Shown: positions 1 through 10,100, counted from the stretch's first letter. The stretch is DNA of 24,000 nt from Aeromonas schubertii (GCF_000820105.1 NZ_CDDB01000021.1:93140-117139), one strand, 5' to 3'. Notes: generated by a model not told the origin, from the sequence alone. A program made the numbers and translations.

Positions 1-420
1 GTGATCAACCAGGCCCCCGAGCTCTATCGCGGTGTGGTGGCCCAGGTGCCGTTCGTCGATGTGGTGACCACCATGCTCGACGAGTCGATCCCCCTCACCA
101 CCGGCGAGTACGACGAGTGGGGCAACCCGGGCGAGAAGGCCTACTACGACTACATGAAGTCCTACAGTCCCTACGATCAGGTCAAGGCTCAGGCCTATCC
201 GAACCTGCTGGTGACCACAGGATTGCACGACTCCCAGGTGCAGTACTGGGAGCCGGCCAAGTGGGTCGCCAAGCTGCGCGAACTCAAGACCGATCACAAC
301 CTGCTGCTGCTCAATACCGACATGGAATCGGGCCACGGGGGCAAGTCGGGACGCTTCAAGGCCTATGAGGATATCGCCCTGGAGTTCGCCTTCCTGCTGC
401 AGGTGGACAAGAGGGCGTAA
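1..420 (+). CDS. ptrB: Oligopeptidase B / protease II (S9A prolyl-oligopeptidase family), C-terminal fragment; 5' end outside window
   Basis: Frame is open from base 1 to TAA at 418-420. The translation carries the C-terminal catalytic Asp/His region of S9A peptidases ([22 protein letters not shown] ... [26 protein letters not shown]), which I recognise as very close to enterobacterial PtrB. The 'M' at base 1 in the ORF track is an internal GTG codon. Confidence 0.9.
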   Translation: MINQAPELYRGVVAQVPFVDVVTTMLDESIPLTTGEYDEWGNPGEKAYYDYMKSYSPYDQVKAQAYPNLLVTTGLHDSQVQYWEPAKWVAKLRELKTDHNLLLLNTDMESGHGGKSGRFKAYEDIALEFAFLLQVDKRA

Positions 421-430
421 ACCGCCCAAC

Positions 431-460
431 AAAAAGAGCGCCCTTTGGCGCTCTTTTTTT
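431..460. terminator. Bidirectional rho-independent terminator between convergent ptrB and the RidA-like gene
   Basis: A-run 431-435, stem AGAGCGCC (435-442) / GGCGCTCT (447-454), loop CTTT, T-run to 460. Confidence 0.75.
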
Positions 461-472
461 ATTTCGCGACCG

Positions 473-820
473 TCACACTGCGGCGGTGAGCTGGATCTCG
501 ACCTTGTAGTCGTCGTGGGCGAGGCGGGCCTGCACGCAGCAGCGCACCGGGGCCGTGCCGGCCGGCAACCAGGCGTCCCACAGCTCGTTGAAGGCGGCGA
601 TGTCACCGATCTCTTTCAGATAGATGGTGGCCATCACTATCTTGTCGACCCCGGAGCCGTTCTCTTCCAACAGGCGGGTCAGGCTGGTCAGCACCTCGCG
701 GGTCTGGGACTGGAGGTCGGCCTCCAGGGTGGCGGGAACCTCCACCACATAGAGGGTGCCGTTGTGGATGACGACGTCGGACCAACGGGCCGTGGTGCCG
801 ATACGGGTGATCTGTGACAT
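473..820 (-). CDS. RidA/YjgF/TdcF-family protein (YoaB-like), 115 aa
   Basis: Internal ATG at 818-820 of track ORF 473..1027; stop TGA at 473-475. The product MSQITRIGTTARWSDVVIHNGTLY...APVRCCVQARLAHDDYKVEIQLTAAV resembles my memory of E. coli YoaB (RidA family). The upstream 69 codons of the track ORF overlap tusA and look non-coding. Confidence 0.85.
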   Translation of the reverse strand: MSQITRIGTTARWSDVVIHNGTLYVVEVPATLEADLQSQTREVLTSLTRLLEENGSGVDKIVMATIYLKEIGDIAAFNELWDAWLPAGTAPVRCCVQARLAHDDYKVEIQLTAAV

Positions 821-834
821 GGGGTTGCTCCGGA

Positions 835-1080
835 TTACAGACCCTTGCGGATCAGATAGCGATAGGGGGTGGCCTCGGTCTCGCAGGCCACCAGGGTGTG
901 GTCCATGAAGCGACAGAAGCTGGGGATATCCCGGGTGGTGGAGGGATCGTCGGCACGCACCAGCAGGGTCTCGCCGTCGGCCATGTTGCGCACCATCTTG
1001 CGCACCATCATCACCGGCTCGGGACAACGGAGCCCAATGGCATCCAGTTCATGGGTTGCTCTGCAGAATAAATCACTCAT
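835..1080 (-). CDS. tusA: Sulfurtransferase TusA (tRNA 2-thiouridine synthesis / sulfur relay), 81 aa
   Basis: [61 protein letters not shown]...YRYLIRKGL is near-collinear with E. coli TusA and includes the active-site LRCPEP motif. Starts at the internal ATG of track ORF 835..1173. Lies 14 bp upstream of the RidA-like gene, so they are probably one operon. Confidence 0.9.
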   Translation of the reverse strand: MSDLFCRATHELDAIGLRCPEPVMMVRKMVRNMADGETLLVRADDPSTTRDIPSFCRFMDHTLVACETEATPYRYLIRKGL

Positions 1081-1251
1081 TAACTTGAAACCCCTAACCA
1101 ATTCGGCTGCCAATAATACTCGCGACCAAAAAATAATCAAATCGGGTCGATGCCGGACAGAAGATGTAACCAAATTGTTTCATCTCGCTTTCCTGTCCGC
1201 CTATCATGGGTAATATAAAAAAAGACCCATATTCAACAAGGAGGTGTGAAT

Positions 1252-1437
1252 ATGATCCAGTCATACGACAGACTGAAGGTCTATGCCGCCATGGGCTTTC
1301 TGGCCTTCTCCATGTTGGCCCTGGGAGCGCCCATCGGCAATGCCGGTACCTGGTTTGGTGCCCTGGTGATGATAGGGCTGGGACTCTGGGTCGAGATCAG
1401 CGATTTCGACGAGGATGAGGACGACAGGGATCAGTAA
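1252..1437 (+). CDS. Small hypothetical membrane protein with acidic C-terminal tail (61 aa)
   Basis: AAGGAGG at 1238-1244 sits 7 nt before ATG 1252, so this start is preferred over the GTG at 1246 in the track. Two hydrophobic stretches (AAMGFLAFSMLALGAPIG, WFGALVMIGLGLWV) are followed by DFDEDEDDRDQ. A hairpin follows the stop. No family recognised. Confidence 0.5.
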   Translation: MIQSYDRLKVYAAMGFLAFSMLALGAPIGNAGTWFGALVMIGLGLWVEISDFDEDEDDRDQ

Positions 1438-1440
1438 CGA

Positions 1441-1461
1441 AGACGGGCCATTGGCCCGTCT
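1441..1461. terminator. Hairpin between convergent genes (probable bidirectional terminator)
   Basis: AGACGGGCC (1441-1449) ATT GGCCCGTCT (1453-1461), a perfect 9-bp stem. It is flanked by the stops of the + gene (1437) and the - gene (1462). Confidence 0.6.
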
Positions 1462-1695
1462 TCACTGTTTCTGCCCCTCGGTCAGGGCGCTGGCCCTGAG
1501 GTAGTAGCGCAGCTCCCCCTGCACCCGTCGTATGGCCGCCAGATGGCGCTCCTGCAGATAGATCTCCCCCTCTTGCCCCAGATGGGCGTGGGTGACCCCC
1601 ATGCTGCGAAGGTACTCCTCAAACAATACGGGGCTGCCTATCTCGATGAAACGCGGATCCATGGCCATCTTTCCTGAGTAACGAGTAAATAGCAT
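1462..1695 (-). CDS. Hypothetical small protein (77 aa)
   Basis: C-terminal part of track ORF 1462..1950, starting at the internal ATG 1693-1695 (MLFTRYSGKMAMDPRFIEIGSPVLFEEYLRSMGV...). The longer N-terminal extension is Arg/Ser-rich, low-complexity and overlaps the next gene's start. No family recognised and the start is uncertain. Confidence 0.45.
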   Translation of the reverse strand: MLFTRYSGKMAMDPRFIEIGSPVLFEEYLRSMGVTHAHLGQEGEIYLQERHLAAIRRVQGELRYYLRASALTEGQKQ

Positions 1696-1810
1696 AGTCT
1701 CCCGGCTCCCTTGGCATCTGCCCATTGTCAGATCTGACACCGGGCGCTCTCCCCTTTGCTCCGTAGAGGGTCGCGTTATAGTAGAGAGGAATCTCTGTTG
1801 GAGTCGTGCG

Positions 1811-2656
1811 ATGCGGCATCTGGCCCTGTGCCTGTTACTGTTGTGCGGTATGCCCCGTGCTGCCGAGGCGCCGCTGGTGGTCTGGAACCGGCTGCTCGAG
1901 CACCCCAATCCCGCCGTGGCCGGTCTGCTGCGCCTGGCGCTCGACCTCACCGTGGAGGACTACGGCCCCTACACCCTGAGTCGCAGCGTGGAGATGGAGC
2001 AGGGACGGGCGGTACGGGAACTGCAGTCGGGGCAGATGGATGTGGCGGTGTTTGCCCCCGATGGGGAGCGAGAGCGCACCCTGCTCGGCGTCTATGTGCC
2101 GCTCGCCAGGGGGTTGCTGGGGTGGCGGGTCTGCCTGATCCGCCCCGGCGACGAGCGGCGCTTCGCGGCCATCGACAGCCTGGCGCGCTGGCGGGCCAGC
2201 GGATTGTTGATCGGGCAGCACCAATCCTGGCCCGATACCGCGCTGCTTCAGGCCAACAAGCTGCGGGTCGAGTTGGGGCATCGCTATGAGGGGTTATTTC
2301 GGATGCTGCGCAAGGGGCGTTTCGACTGCTTTCTGCGCTCGGTGATCGAGGTGGAGGATGAGCAGAAGGCCAACCCGGATCTCGTCATCGAGCCACACCT
2401 GATTTTTCGCTATCCCCTGGCCCTGATGTTCTTCGTCTCGCCGACGCGACCGGAGCTGGCGCGTCGCATCGAGACCGGCCTGCTGCGGGCACGCGCCAAC
2501 GGCGCCTATGAACGGCTGTTTGAGCAGGGCTTTGGCGGCACCATACGCCGCCTGGGGTTGGCGCGGCGTACCATACTGGAGCTGGAAAATCCCGACCTGC
2601 CCGAGCGCAGTCGCCAGATGCTGGCCGATCCGGCCCTGACCTTCCCGCGTCCCTAG
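1811..2656 (+). CDS. Periplasmic solute-binding-protein-like protein (type-2 PBP fold, family-3 like), orphan
   Basis: N-terminal signal peptide (MRHLALCLLLLCGMPRAAEA). Length and motifs (LRKGRFDCFLRSVIEVEDE, YPLALMFFVSPTRPELARRIETGL) are typical of orphan transporter substrate-binding-domain proteins. GGAG lies 8 nt upstream of the ATG. No adjacent permease or ATPase genes. Confidence 0.6.
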   Translation: MRHLALCLLLLCGMPRAAEAPLVVWNRLLEHPNPAVAGLLRLALDLTVEDYGPYTLSRSVEMEQGRAVRELQSGQMDVAVFAPDGERERTLLGVYVPLARGLLGWRVCLIRPGDERRFAAIDSLARWRASGLLIGQHQSWPDTALLQANKLRVELGHRYEGLFRMLRKGRFDCFLRSVIEVEDEQKANPDLVIEPHLIFRYPLALMFFVSPTRPELARRIETGLLRARANGAYERLFEQGFGGTIRRLGLARRTILELENPDLPERSRQMLADPALTFPRP

Positions 2657-3537
2657 CGGCCGCTGCGGGCCGTGTCCCAGAAGGCGCGTACCAGCGGCTC
2701 CTCGAGCCGCTTCTTGAGCACGGCCACGCCCACATCGAAGGGCTTGAAGGGCGGTGCGAGATCGATGATGCGCACCTTCTCCCCCATGGGGCTATGGTCG
2801 ATCACCGCATCGGGTACCAGTCCCACCCCGCAGCCCAGGGCCACCATGGCCACTATGCCCTCGTTACCGGCCACCTCGGCGTAGAGGTTGGGGGCGATGC
2901 CCTTGTTGCGAAACCATTGATCGCTGCGTTTACGGGCCAACCCCTGCTCCGAGAGGATCACCGGTAGCCGCTCCCAATCCGGCTCGCCACCCGGAAACCA
3001 CTGGGCCAGCTGGGGGCCACTCCGGGGGGCGATGAACACCAGGGGCACCTGGCGCAGGCTGGCAAACTCCAGCTTGGCGGGCAGGGCATCGGGGCGGGCG
3101 GCGATGGCGAGATCCGCCTCGTCTCCCAGCAGCTTGTCCACTGCCAGGGCCGGGTCGCCGGTCTCGAGTTTGATCTCGAGGCGCGGGTGGCGACGGCGAA
3201 AACGCTCGAGCACCTCGGGCAGCAGGAAGTAGCTGGCGGTGACCGAGCAGAAGACCCGCAGTCGCCCCTGCAATGGCTCGTCGCTGCGGCGCAGCTCCTG
3301 GCGCAGGTGGCGCCACTCCTGCACCAGGCTGCCGCCAAACTCGCGCAGCTTCTCCCCGGCCGGAGTCAGGCGCACGCTGCGGTTGTCCCGCTCGAACAGG
3401 GCGCAGCCGGTCTCTTGCTCCAGACGCTGGATGGCGCGGCTTAAGGTGGAGGGGCTGACCGCCATGGCATCGGCGGTCTTGCCGAAGTGAAGGCTGTCGG
3501 CGAGGTGGAGAAAGAGCTCCAGGTGGCGCAGGTCCAT
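2653..3537 (-). CDS. ilvY: LysR-family transcriptional activator IlvY
   Basis: [40 protein letters not shown]... carries a LysR helix-turn-helix and is collinear with E. coli IlvY as I remember it. The divergent position next to ilvC is the canonical arrangement. Confidence 0.9.
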   Translation of the reverse strand: MDLRHLELFLHLADSLHFGKTADAMAVSPSTLSRAIQRLEQETGCALFERDNRSVRLTPAGEKLREFGGSLVQEWRHLRQELRRSDEPLQGRLRVFCSVTASYFLLPEVLERFRRRHPRLEIKLETGDPALAVDKLLGDEADLAIAARPDALPAKLEFASLRQVPLVFIAPRSGPQLAQWFPGGEPDWERLPVILSEQGLARKRSDQWFRNKGIAPNLYAEVAGNEGIVAMVALGCGVGLVPDAVIDHSPMGEKVRIIDLAPPFKPFDVGVAVLKKRLEEPLVRAFWDTARSGR

Positions 3538-3658
3538 ATTTCATTATCCGCAATACGATGTTTCGAATATATCAGTTACGGCAATACCTGTCCCACGCTA
3601 TAGTGGTTCGACATCGAGCCGCATCGCGGCATGGAATCAACCGGACGGAGCAATCACC
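3538..3658. promoter_or_regulatory. ilvY-ilvC divergent control region (expected IlvY operators)
   Basis: A 121-bp divergent intergenic region. The heptamer GCAATAC occurs twice (3550-3556 and 3581-3587), 31 bp apart or about three helical turns. In E. coli, IlvY binds tandem operators in this region. The exact operators are not assigned here. Confidence 0.35.
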
Positions 3659-5137
3659 ATGGCCAACTATTTCAATACCTTGAATCTGCGTCAGCAGCTC
3701 GCCCAGCTGGGCAAGTGCCGTTTCATGAAGCGCGATGAGTTCAGTGACGGCTGCGCCGTGCTCAAGGGCAAGAAGGTAGTGATCGTCGGCTGTGGTGCCC
3801 AGGGTCTGAATCAGGGTCTGAACATGCGTGACTCCGGCCTGGATATCGCCTACGCCCTGCGCAAGGCGGCCATCGAAGAGAAACGCGCCTCCTGGAAGAA
3901 GGCCACCGACAACGGCTTCGTGGTCGGCACTTATGAAGAGCTGATCCCCACCGCCGATCTGGTGCTGAACCTGACCCCGGACAAGCAGCACTCGGACGTG
4001 GTCAAGACCGTGATGCCGCTGATGAAACAGGGCGCCGCCCTGGGTTACTCCCACGGCTTCAACGTGGTCGAGGAAGGTCAGCAGATCCGTGCCGACATCA
4101 CGGTCGTCATGGTGGCCCCCAAGTGCCCGGGCACCGAGGTGCGCGAGGAGTACAAGCGCGGCTTCGGCGTGCCGACCCTGATCGCCGTGCACCCGGAGAA
4201 CGATCCCAGGGGCGAGGGCATGGCCATCGCCAAGGCGTGGGCCTCCGCCACCGGCGGCGACCGCGCCGGGGTGCTGGAGTCCTCCTTCGTGGCCGAGGTG
4301 AAATCCGACCTGATGGGCGAGCAAACCATCCTCTGCGGCATGCTGCAGGCGGGCTCCCTGCTCTGCTACGACAAGCTGGTGGCCGAAGGCACCGACGCCG
4401 GTTACGCCGGCAAGCTGATCCAGTTCGGCTGGGAGACCATCACAGAGGCCCTCAAGCAGGGTGGCATCACCAACATGATGGACCGCCTGTCCAACCCGGC
4501 CAAGCTGCGTGCCTTCGAGCTCTCCGAGCAGCTCAAGGTGCTGATGCGCCCCCTGTTCGAGAAGCACATGGATGACATCATCGCCGGCGACTTCTCCCGC
4601 GGCATGATGGCCGACTGGGCCGAAGACGACATCAAGCTGCTGACCTGGCGCGAAGAGACCGGCAAGTCCGCCTTCGAGAACGCCCCGGCGTTCGACGGCA
4701 AGATCGCCGAGCAGGAGTACTTCGACAAGGGGCTGGTCATGGTGGCCATGGTCAAGGCGGGGGTCGAGCTGGCGTTCGAAACCATGGTGGCCTCCGGCAT
4801 CTACGAAGAGTCCGCCTACTACGAGTCCCTGCACGAGTTGCCGCTCATCGCCAACACGGTTGCCCGCAAGCGCCTGTACGAGATGAACGTGGTCATCTCC
4901 GACACCGCCGAATACGGTAACTACCTGTTCGCCAACGCCGCCGTACCGCTGCTGCGCGAGCACTTCATGCCGACCCTCAAGGCAGGCGATCTGGGCCAGC
5001 TGCTGGCGGGTAACGAGGCGGACAACGCCGCCCTGATCCGCGCCAACGAGGCGATCCGCAACCACCCCATCGAGGCCATCGGCCAGGTGCTGCGCGGTTA
5101 CATGAAGGACATGAAGCGCATCGCCGTCGGCGGTTAA
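3659..5137 (+). CDS. ilvC: Ketol-acid reductoisomerase (class II, NADP+)
   Basis: 492 aa. [23 protein letters not shown]...[23 protein letters not shown]...[16 protein letters not shown]...[14 protein letters not shown] is almost collinear with E. coli IlvC (491 aa). Confidence 0.97.
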   Translation: MANYFNTLNLRQQLAQLGKCRFMKRDEFSDGCAVLKGKKVVIVGCGAQGLNQGLNMRDSGLDIAYALRKAAIEEKRASWKKATDNGFVVGTYEELIPTADLVLNLTPDKQHSDVVKTVMPLMKQGAALGYSHGFNVVEEGQQIRADITVVMVAPKCPGTEVREEYKRGFGVPTLIAVHPENDPRGEGMAIAKAWASATGGDRAGVLESSFVAEVKSDLMGEQTILCGMLQAGSLLCYDKLVAEGTDAGYAGKLIQFGWETITEALKQGGITNMMDRLSNPAKLRAFELSEQLKVLMRPLFEKHMDDIIAGDFSRGMMADWAEDDIKLLTWREETGKSAFENAPAFDGKIAEQEYFDKGLVMVAMVKAGVELAFETMVASGIYEESAYYESLHELPLIANTVARKRLYEMNVVISDTAEYGNYLFANAAVPLLREHFMPTLKAGDLGQLLAGNEADNAALIRANEAIRNHPIEAIGQVLRGYMKDMKRIAVGG

Positions 5138-5153
5138 GCCAAGGGATGTCAGA

Positions 5154-5181
5154 GGGGGGGAGCCAACGGCTCCCCCTTTTT
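5154..5181 (+). terminator. Rho-independent terminator of ilvC
   Basis: GGGGGAGCC (5156-5164) AAC GGCTCCCCC (5168-5176), followed by TTTTT (5177-5181). Confidence 0.8.
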
Positions 5182-5197
5182 CGTTGGAGTCCCCTGC

Positions 5198-5228
5198 TTG
5201 ACCTTCCCATCCTGGTAAGGTTTAGGGT
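5198..5228 (+). promoter_or_regulatory. CueR (MerR-family Cu(I) sensor)-type promoter/operator with 19-bp spacer
   Basis: TTGACC (5198-5203), then the 19-nt spacer TTCCCATCCTGGTAAGGTT, then TAGGGT (5223-5228). The dyad ACCTTCC ... GTAAGGT spans the spacer. Closely parallels E. coli PcopA as I remember it (TTGACCTTCCCCTTGCTGGAAGGTTTAACCT). Confidence 0.6.
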
Positions 5229-5267
5229 GAGAGACAGGACTGCCTGCCGGCAGCGAAGGGAGAGCCC

Positions 5268-5639
5268 ATGCTTGCAAACAGATTGCCCACGAGCCTGATA
5301 GCCCGGCTGATGCTGGTGCTGCTGCTCGCCTGCAATCTGACCTTCTGCCTCGCCGCTCATCAGGCCAACGCCGCTGTGGACCAGATGGCCCTTGGCTGCC
5401 ACGCCGAAGAGAACCAGTCCGGCAGCGATTGCCCCATGCCTTCTGGCCTCGCCGGCTCCCTGGCCCAGTTGGCGGCGGGTCTGCCCTGGCTGCTGCTGCC
5501 ACTGCTACTCTGCCTCACCCTGTTTGCCCCACCCCTGCTGCTGGCCGCCCGCCCGGGCTGGCGGGTCGGTCGTGAACGGGGCGCCCCGCCACCCTCCTGG
5601 CCAAGGCGACACCTGGAGCTCTGCGTCCTGCGCCATTGA
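5268..5639 (+). CDS. Small membrane-anchored Cys/His/Met protein, first gene of the copper-efflux operon (123 aa)
   Basis: AAGGGAGAG Shine-Dalgarno sequence just upstream of ATG 5268. Strong G/C third-position bias fits the host coding pattern. An N-terminal TM/signal segment is followed by ALGCHAEENQSGSDCPMPSG, a second hydrophobic segment, and a basic Pro-rich tail (RGAPPPSWPRRHLELCVLRH). No family assigned with certainty; it could be CzcI- or DUF2946-like. Confidence 0.6.
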   Translation: MLANRLPTSLIARLMLVLLLACNLTFCLAAHQANAAVDQMALGCHAEENQSGSDCPMPSGLAGSLAQLAAGLPWLLLPLLLCLTLFAPPLLLAARPGWRVGRERGAPPPSWPRRHLELCVLRH

Positions 5640-5708
5640 TTTTTCCCTTGCCGTGTCAACGGCCGGCCTCGTGCCGGCGTGTCTTCGTTTTCGTGCAAGA
5701 GAGTGATC

Positions 5709-7178
5709 ATGGAATCCAACACCTCATCCCTGCACCCCTTGAAGGGGATCTTGCTGCTGGCCGCCCTGGCCGGCAGCGCCGCCGCCGGCTACTGGCTGGC
5801 GAGTCATCACGCCGCCCCGGCCAGTGCCGAGAAGCAGCCCCTCTACTGGGTCAACCCCATGGACCCGGCCGACAAGCGACCGGGCCCCGCCAAGGACTCC
5901 ATGGGGATGGACTTCATCCCCGTCTATGAAGAGAAACAGGACGGCTCCCCCGGCACCGTCACCATAGCCCCCGAGATCCAGCAGAACATGGGGGTGCGTC
6001 TGGCCGAGGTGACCCGGGCCCCCTGGTTGCAGCGCATCGATACGGTGGGTTATGTGGGCTATGACGAGGAGCGCCTCGAGACGGTGACCGCCCGCCTGAG
6101 CGGCTGGATCCGTCGTCTCTACGTCAAGAGCGAGGGGCAGACGGTGCGTGCCGGCGAGCCCCTGTTCGACCTCTATTCCCCGGATCTGGTCAACGCCCAG
6201 AAGGAGTATCTGTTGGCCCTGGGCAGTGGCAACCCGCTGATTATCAAGGCCGCCGAGGGCAAGCTGCGCGCCCTCGAGGTGCCCCAGAGCCAGATAGATC
6301 AGGTGCGCCAGAGCCGCCGGGTGCAGGAGACCATACGGGTGCCGGCGCCGCGCAGCGGCTATCTGGTCGATCTCAAGGTGCGTGAGGGGCAATATGTCGA
6401 CCCGGCCAACCCCCTCTTCTCCCTGGCCGCCCTCGATCAGGTATGGGTGAGCGCCGAGCTGTTCGAGCGCCAGGCCGCCGCTGTGCAGCCGGGCATGCCC
6501 GCCACCATGACCCTGGACTATGCCCCCGGGCGCAGCTGGCAGGGGCGGGTCGATTACGTCTATCCCACCCTGGATGCGGCCACCCGCACCCTCAAGGTGC
6601 GCCTGCGCTTTGCCAACCCGGACGGCTTCCTCAGGCCCAACATGTTTGCCGCCGTTCGCATCGAGCAGGCCCGTGCCCCCGTATTGCAGGTACCGGCCGA
6701 GGCGGTGATCCGCACCGGTCGCCAGGATCGGGTAGTGCTGGCGCTGGGTGACGGGCGCTTCAAGTCGGTGGCGGTGCGCCTCGGTGAGCGCGACGGCGAG
6801 CGTCAGGCGATCCTCGAGGGGGTTGAGGCGGGGGACAAGGTGGTCAGCTCGGCCCAGTTCCTCATCGACTCGGAGTCGAGCCTGGGATCGGATTTCCAGC
6901 GCATGACGGCGTTTCGCCCCGAGTCGGTCTGGAGCCAGGGTACGGTGACCGCCCTGAGTGAGGGGCGGGTGACGCTCTCCCATGAGGCGGTGCCCGAGTG
7001 GCAGTGGCCCGCCATGGAGATGGAGTTCGCGCTGGCCGACGGTGTCGATGCCAGCGCCCTCAAGGTGGGCGGAGCCCTGCACTTCGAGATGCGCCAGCAG
7101 GGAGATGACTACCTCATCACCGCCATCCATGTGATGGACGGCGCCGCGACCACCACCACTGGACACGGGGGGCAGTGA
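5709..7178 (+). CDS. cusB: Cu(I)/Ag(I) efflux RND periplasmic adaptor CusB with C-terminal CusF-like metallochaperone domain
   Basis: Membrane-fusion-protein architecture. The N-terminal Met cluster [29 protein letters not shown] corresponds to the CusB M49/M64/M66 region. The C-terminal ~70 aa (6930-7142) read [30 protein letters not shown], which is the CusF H-x7-W-x2-M-x-M motif. ATG 5709 (AGAGAG upstream) is preferred over GTG 5679. Confidence 0.9.
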   Translation: MESNTSSLHPLKGILLLAALAGSAAAGYWLASHHAAPASAEKQPLYWVNPMDPADKRPGPAKDSMGMDFIPVYEEKQDGSPGTVTIAPEIQQNMGVRLAEVTRAPWLQRIDTVGYVGYDEERLETVTARLSGWIRRLYVKSEGQTVRAGEPLFDLYSPDLVNAQKEYLLALGSGNPLIIKAAEGKLRALEVPQSQIDQVRQSRRVQETIRVPAPRSGYLVDLKVREGQYVDPANPLFSLAALDQVWVSAELFERQAAAVQPGMPATMTLDYAPGRSWQGRVDYVYPTLDAATRTLKVRLRFANPDGFLRPNMFAAVRIEQARAPVLQVPAEAVIRTGRQDRVVLALGDGRFKSVAVRLGERDGERQAILEGVEAGDKVVSSAQFLIDSESSLGSDFQRMTAFRPESVWSQGTVTALSEGRVTLSHEAVPEWQWPAMEMEFALADGVDASALKVGGALHFEMRQQGDDYLITAIHVMDGAATTTTGHGGQ

Positions 7179-7180
7179 GC

Positions 7181-10100
7181 ATGATCGCAGCCATCATTCG
7201 CTGGTCGCTGGGCAACCGCTTTCTGGTGCTGCTGGTGGCCCTGCTGGTGACCGCCTGGGGCATCTGGTCGGTACGCCAGACCCCGGTCGATGCCCTGCCG
7301 GATCTCTCGGACGTGCAGGTGATCATCAAGACCAGCTACCCGGGGCAGGCGCCCCAGGTGGTCGAGGATCAGGTCACCTATCCCCTCACCACGGCGCTGC
7401 TGGCGGTGCCCGGCGCCACCACGGTGCGCGGCTACTCGTTTTTTGGCGACTCCTTCGTCTATGTGCTGTTCGACGACAAGACCGATCTCTACTGGGCCCG
7501 CGCCCGGGTGCTGGAGTACCTGAGCCAGGTGGCCTCGCGCCTGCCGCCCGAGGCCAAGCCCGAGCTCGGCCCCGACGCCACCGGGGTGGGCTGGGTCTAC
7601 CAATACGCCCTGGTCGACAAGAGCGGCAAGCACGATCTGGCCCAGCTCACCTCGCTGCAGAACTGGTTTCTCAAGTATGAGCTGCAGACGGTGCCCGGTG
7701 TCTCCGAGGTGGCGACCGTCGGGGGCATGGTCAAGCAGTATCAGGTTCGGGTCGACCCGGACAAGCTGCGCGCCTACGGGGTGCCACTCTCGCTGATCAA
7801 GAGCGCCATCGAGGCGGGTAACCAGGAGACGGGGGCGTCGGTCATCGAGATGGCCGAGGCCGAGTACATGGTGCGCTCCAACGGCTACCTCAAGGGGGTG
7901 GAGGACCTGCGCCTCATCCCGCTCGGCACCCGGGTGCGCGGCACCCCCCTCACCCTGGGGGACGTGGCCGAGATAGGCACGGGCCCGCAGATGCGGCGCG
8001 GGGTGGCCGAGCTCAACGGCGAGGGGGAAGTGGTCGGCGGCATCATCGTCATGCGCTACGGCGAGAATGCCCAGCAGACCATAGACGGGGTCAAGGCTCG
8101 CCTGGCCGAGCTGACATCCAGCCTGCCCGAGGGGGTGGAGCTGGTCACCGTCTATGACCGTTCGGATCTCATCCAGCGCGCCATCGACAACCTCTCCGGC
8201 AAGCTGGTGGAGGAGTTCGTGGTGGTGGTGCTGGTCTGCCTGGCCTTCCTGTTCCACCTGCGCTCCTCCCTGGTGGTGGTGGTGAGCCTGCCCATCGCCA
8301 TCCTGGTCGCCTTCATCGTCATGCACCTGCAGGGGATCAACGCCAACATCATGTCGCTGGGCGGCATCGCCATCGCCATCGGCGCCATGGTGGATGGCGC
8401 CATCGTGATGATCGAGAACGTCCACAAGCACATGGAGCGCACCACCCTCACCGACCAGAACCGCTGGCAGGTGATCCAGCAGGCGAGCATAGAGGTGGGG
8501 CCCGCCATCTTCTTCTCCCTGCTCATCATCACCATGAGCTTCCTGCCGGTCTTTACCCTGGAGGCCCAGGAGGGGCGCATGTTTGCCCCGCTCGCCTACA
8601 CCAAGACCTATGCCATGGCGGCGGCCTCGGCCCTGGCCATTACCCTGGTGCCTGTGCTGATGGGTTACTTCATCCGCGGCCGGGTGCTGGCCGAGCAGGC
8701 CAATCCCCTCAACCGCACCCTGTCGCGCGCCTACATCCCCTTGCTCAATACGGTACTGGCCTGGCCCAAGACCACCCTGGCGCTGGCCCTGCTGGTGACT
8801 GTGGGGGGGCTCTACCCGCTCAAGCACCTGGGTTCGGAGTTCGTGCCCCAGCTCGACGAGGGGGATCTGATGTACATGCCCACCACCTACGCCAACCTCT
8901 CGGTGGGCAAGGCGCGCGAGCTGCTGCAGCAGACCGACAAGCTCATTCGCACCGTGCCCGAGGTGCAGAATGTGTTCGGCAAGGCGGGACGGGCCGACAG
9001 TGCCACCGATCCGGCGGACCTGGTGATGTTCGAGACCAGCATCCAGCTCAAGCCCCGCGACCAGTGGCGCCCCGGCATAACGCCACAGAAGCTGCGTGAG
9101 GAGCTCGACGCCCTCATTCGCTTCCCCGGTCTCACCAATGCCTGGGTGCCCCCCATCAAGACCCGTATCGACATGCTGGCCACCGGCATCAAGACCCCGG
9201 TCGGCATCAAGATAGCCGGCCCCGATCTCAAGGTGATCGAACGCATCGGCCGCGACATCGAGGGGATCCTCAAGACGGTGCCGGGCCTCTCGTCGGTCTA
9301 TGCCGAGCGGGTCGCCGGCGGACGCTACGTCAAGGTGGATATCGACCGTGCCCGCGCCGCCCGCTACGGCCTCAACGTGGCCGACGTGCAGGCGGTGCTG
9401 GCCACCGCCGTCGGCGGCATGGAGATAGGCCAGACCATAGAGGGGCGCGAGCGTTACCCCATCAACCTGCGTTATCCCCAGGACTATCGCGACTCCCCCG
9501 AGGCCCTGGCCCTGCTCCCCCTGGTGACCGCCGACGGGGCACGCATTGCGCTGGGCGACGTGGCGCGGGTCTACCTCTCCGACGAGGCGCCCATGCTGCG
9601 CAGCGAGAACGCCCGCCTCAACGGCTGGGTCTATGTGGATATCGACGGGCGCGACATCGGCTCCTTCGTGGCCGAGGCTCGGACCAGGGTGGAGCAGGAG
9701 CTTAAACTCGATCCCGGCTACTCCCTGACCTGGTCCGGTCAATACGAATACATGGAGCGGGCCAAGGCGCGCCTCACCTATGTGGTGCCGCTCACCCTGG
9801 CCATCATAGTGCTGCTGCTCTATCTGGCGTTTCGTCGCATGAGCGAGGTGCTGATCATCCTGGGTTCATTGCCGCTCGCCGTGGTGGGGGGGATCTGGGC
9901 CATCTGGCTGCTCGGCTTCAACCTCTCGGTGGCGGTCGGGGTGGGCTTTATCGCCCTGGCCGGGGTGGCGGTCGAGACCGGTGTGCTGATGCTGGTCTAC
10001 CTCAACCACGCCTGGGAGGATCTCTGGGCCCGTGGCCAGCCCGATCGCGCCAGCCTGCACGACGCCGTCATCGAGGGGGCCGCCCTGCGCCTGCGCCCCA

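Noticed and set aside
473-1950. Long N-terminal extensions of track ORFs 473..1027, 835..1173 and 1462..1950. Downstream, the same applies to 10147..10746, 10650..11021, 10909..11370, 11846..12997 and 21423..21809.
   Set aside because: The extensions overlap neighbouring genes or intergenic signals. They are Arg/Pro/Gly-rich and are not needed for the homologous protein. Internal starts with Shine-Dalgarno sequences, signal peptides or homologue-matching N-termini were used instead.
2653-2656. Convergent genes (binding-protein-like gene and ilvY) share the palindrome CTAG, so both stop codons overlap
   Set aside because: The observation is real but is a trivial consequence of compact convergent genes. 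No regulatory meaning can be inferred.
3572-5065. 497-aa ORF antisense to ilvC
   Set aside because: It fully overlaps the unambiguous ilvC reading frame. The translation is low-complexity (G/L/V/H/D-rich) with no recognisable domain. Long antisense ORFs are expected in about 65% G+C DNA.
5724-9742. 480-aa (5724..7166) and 877-aa (7109..9742) minus-strand ORFs antisense to cusB and cusA
   Set aside because: Same high-GC antisense artefact. The plus-strand products have clear CusB/CusA homology, and the antisense translations are G/H/L/D-rich with no motifs.
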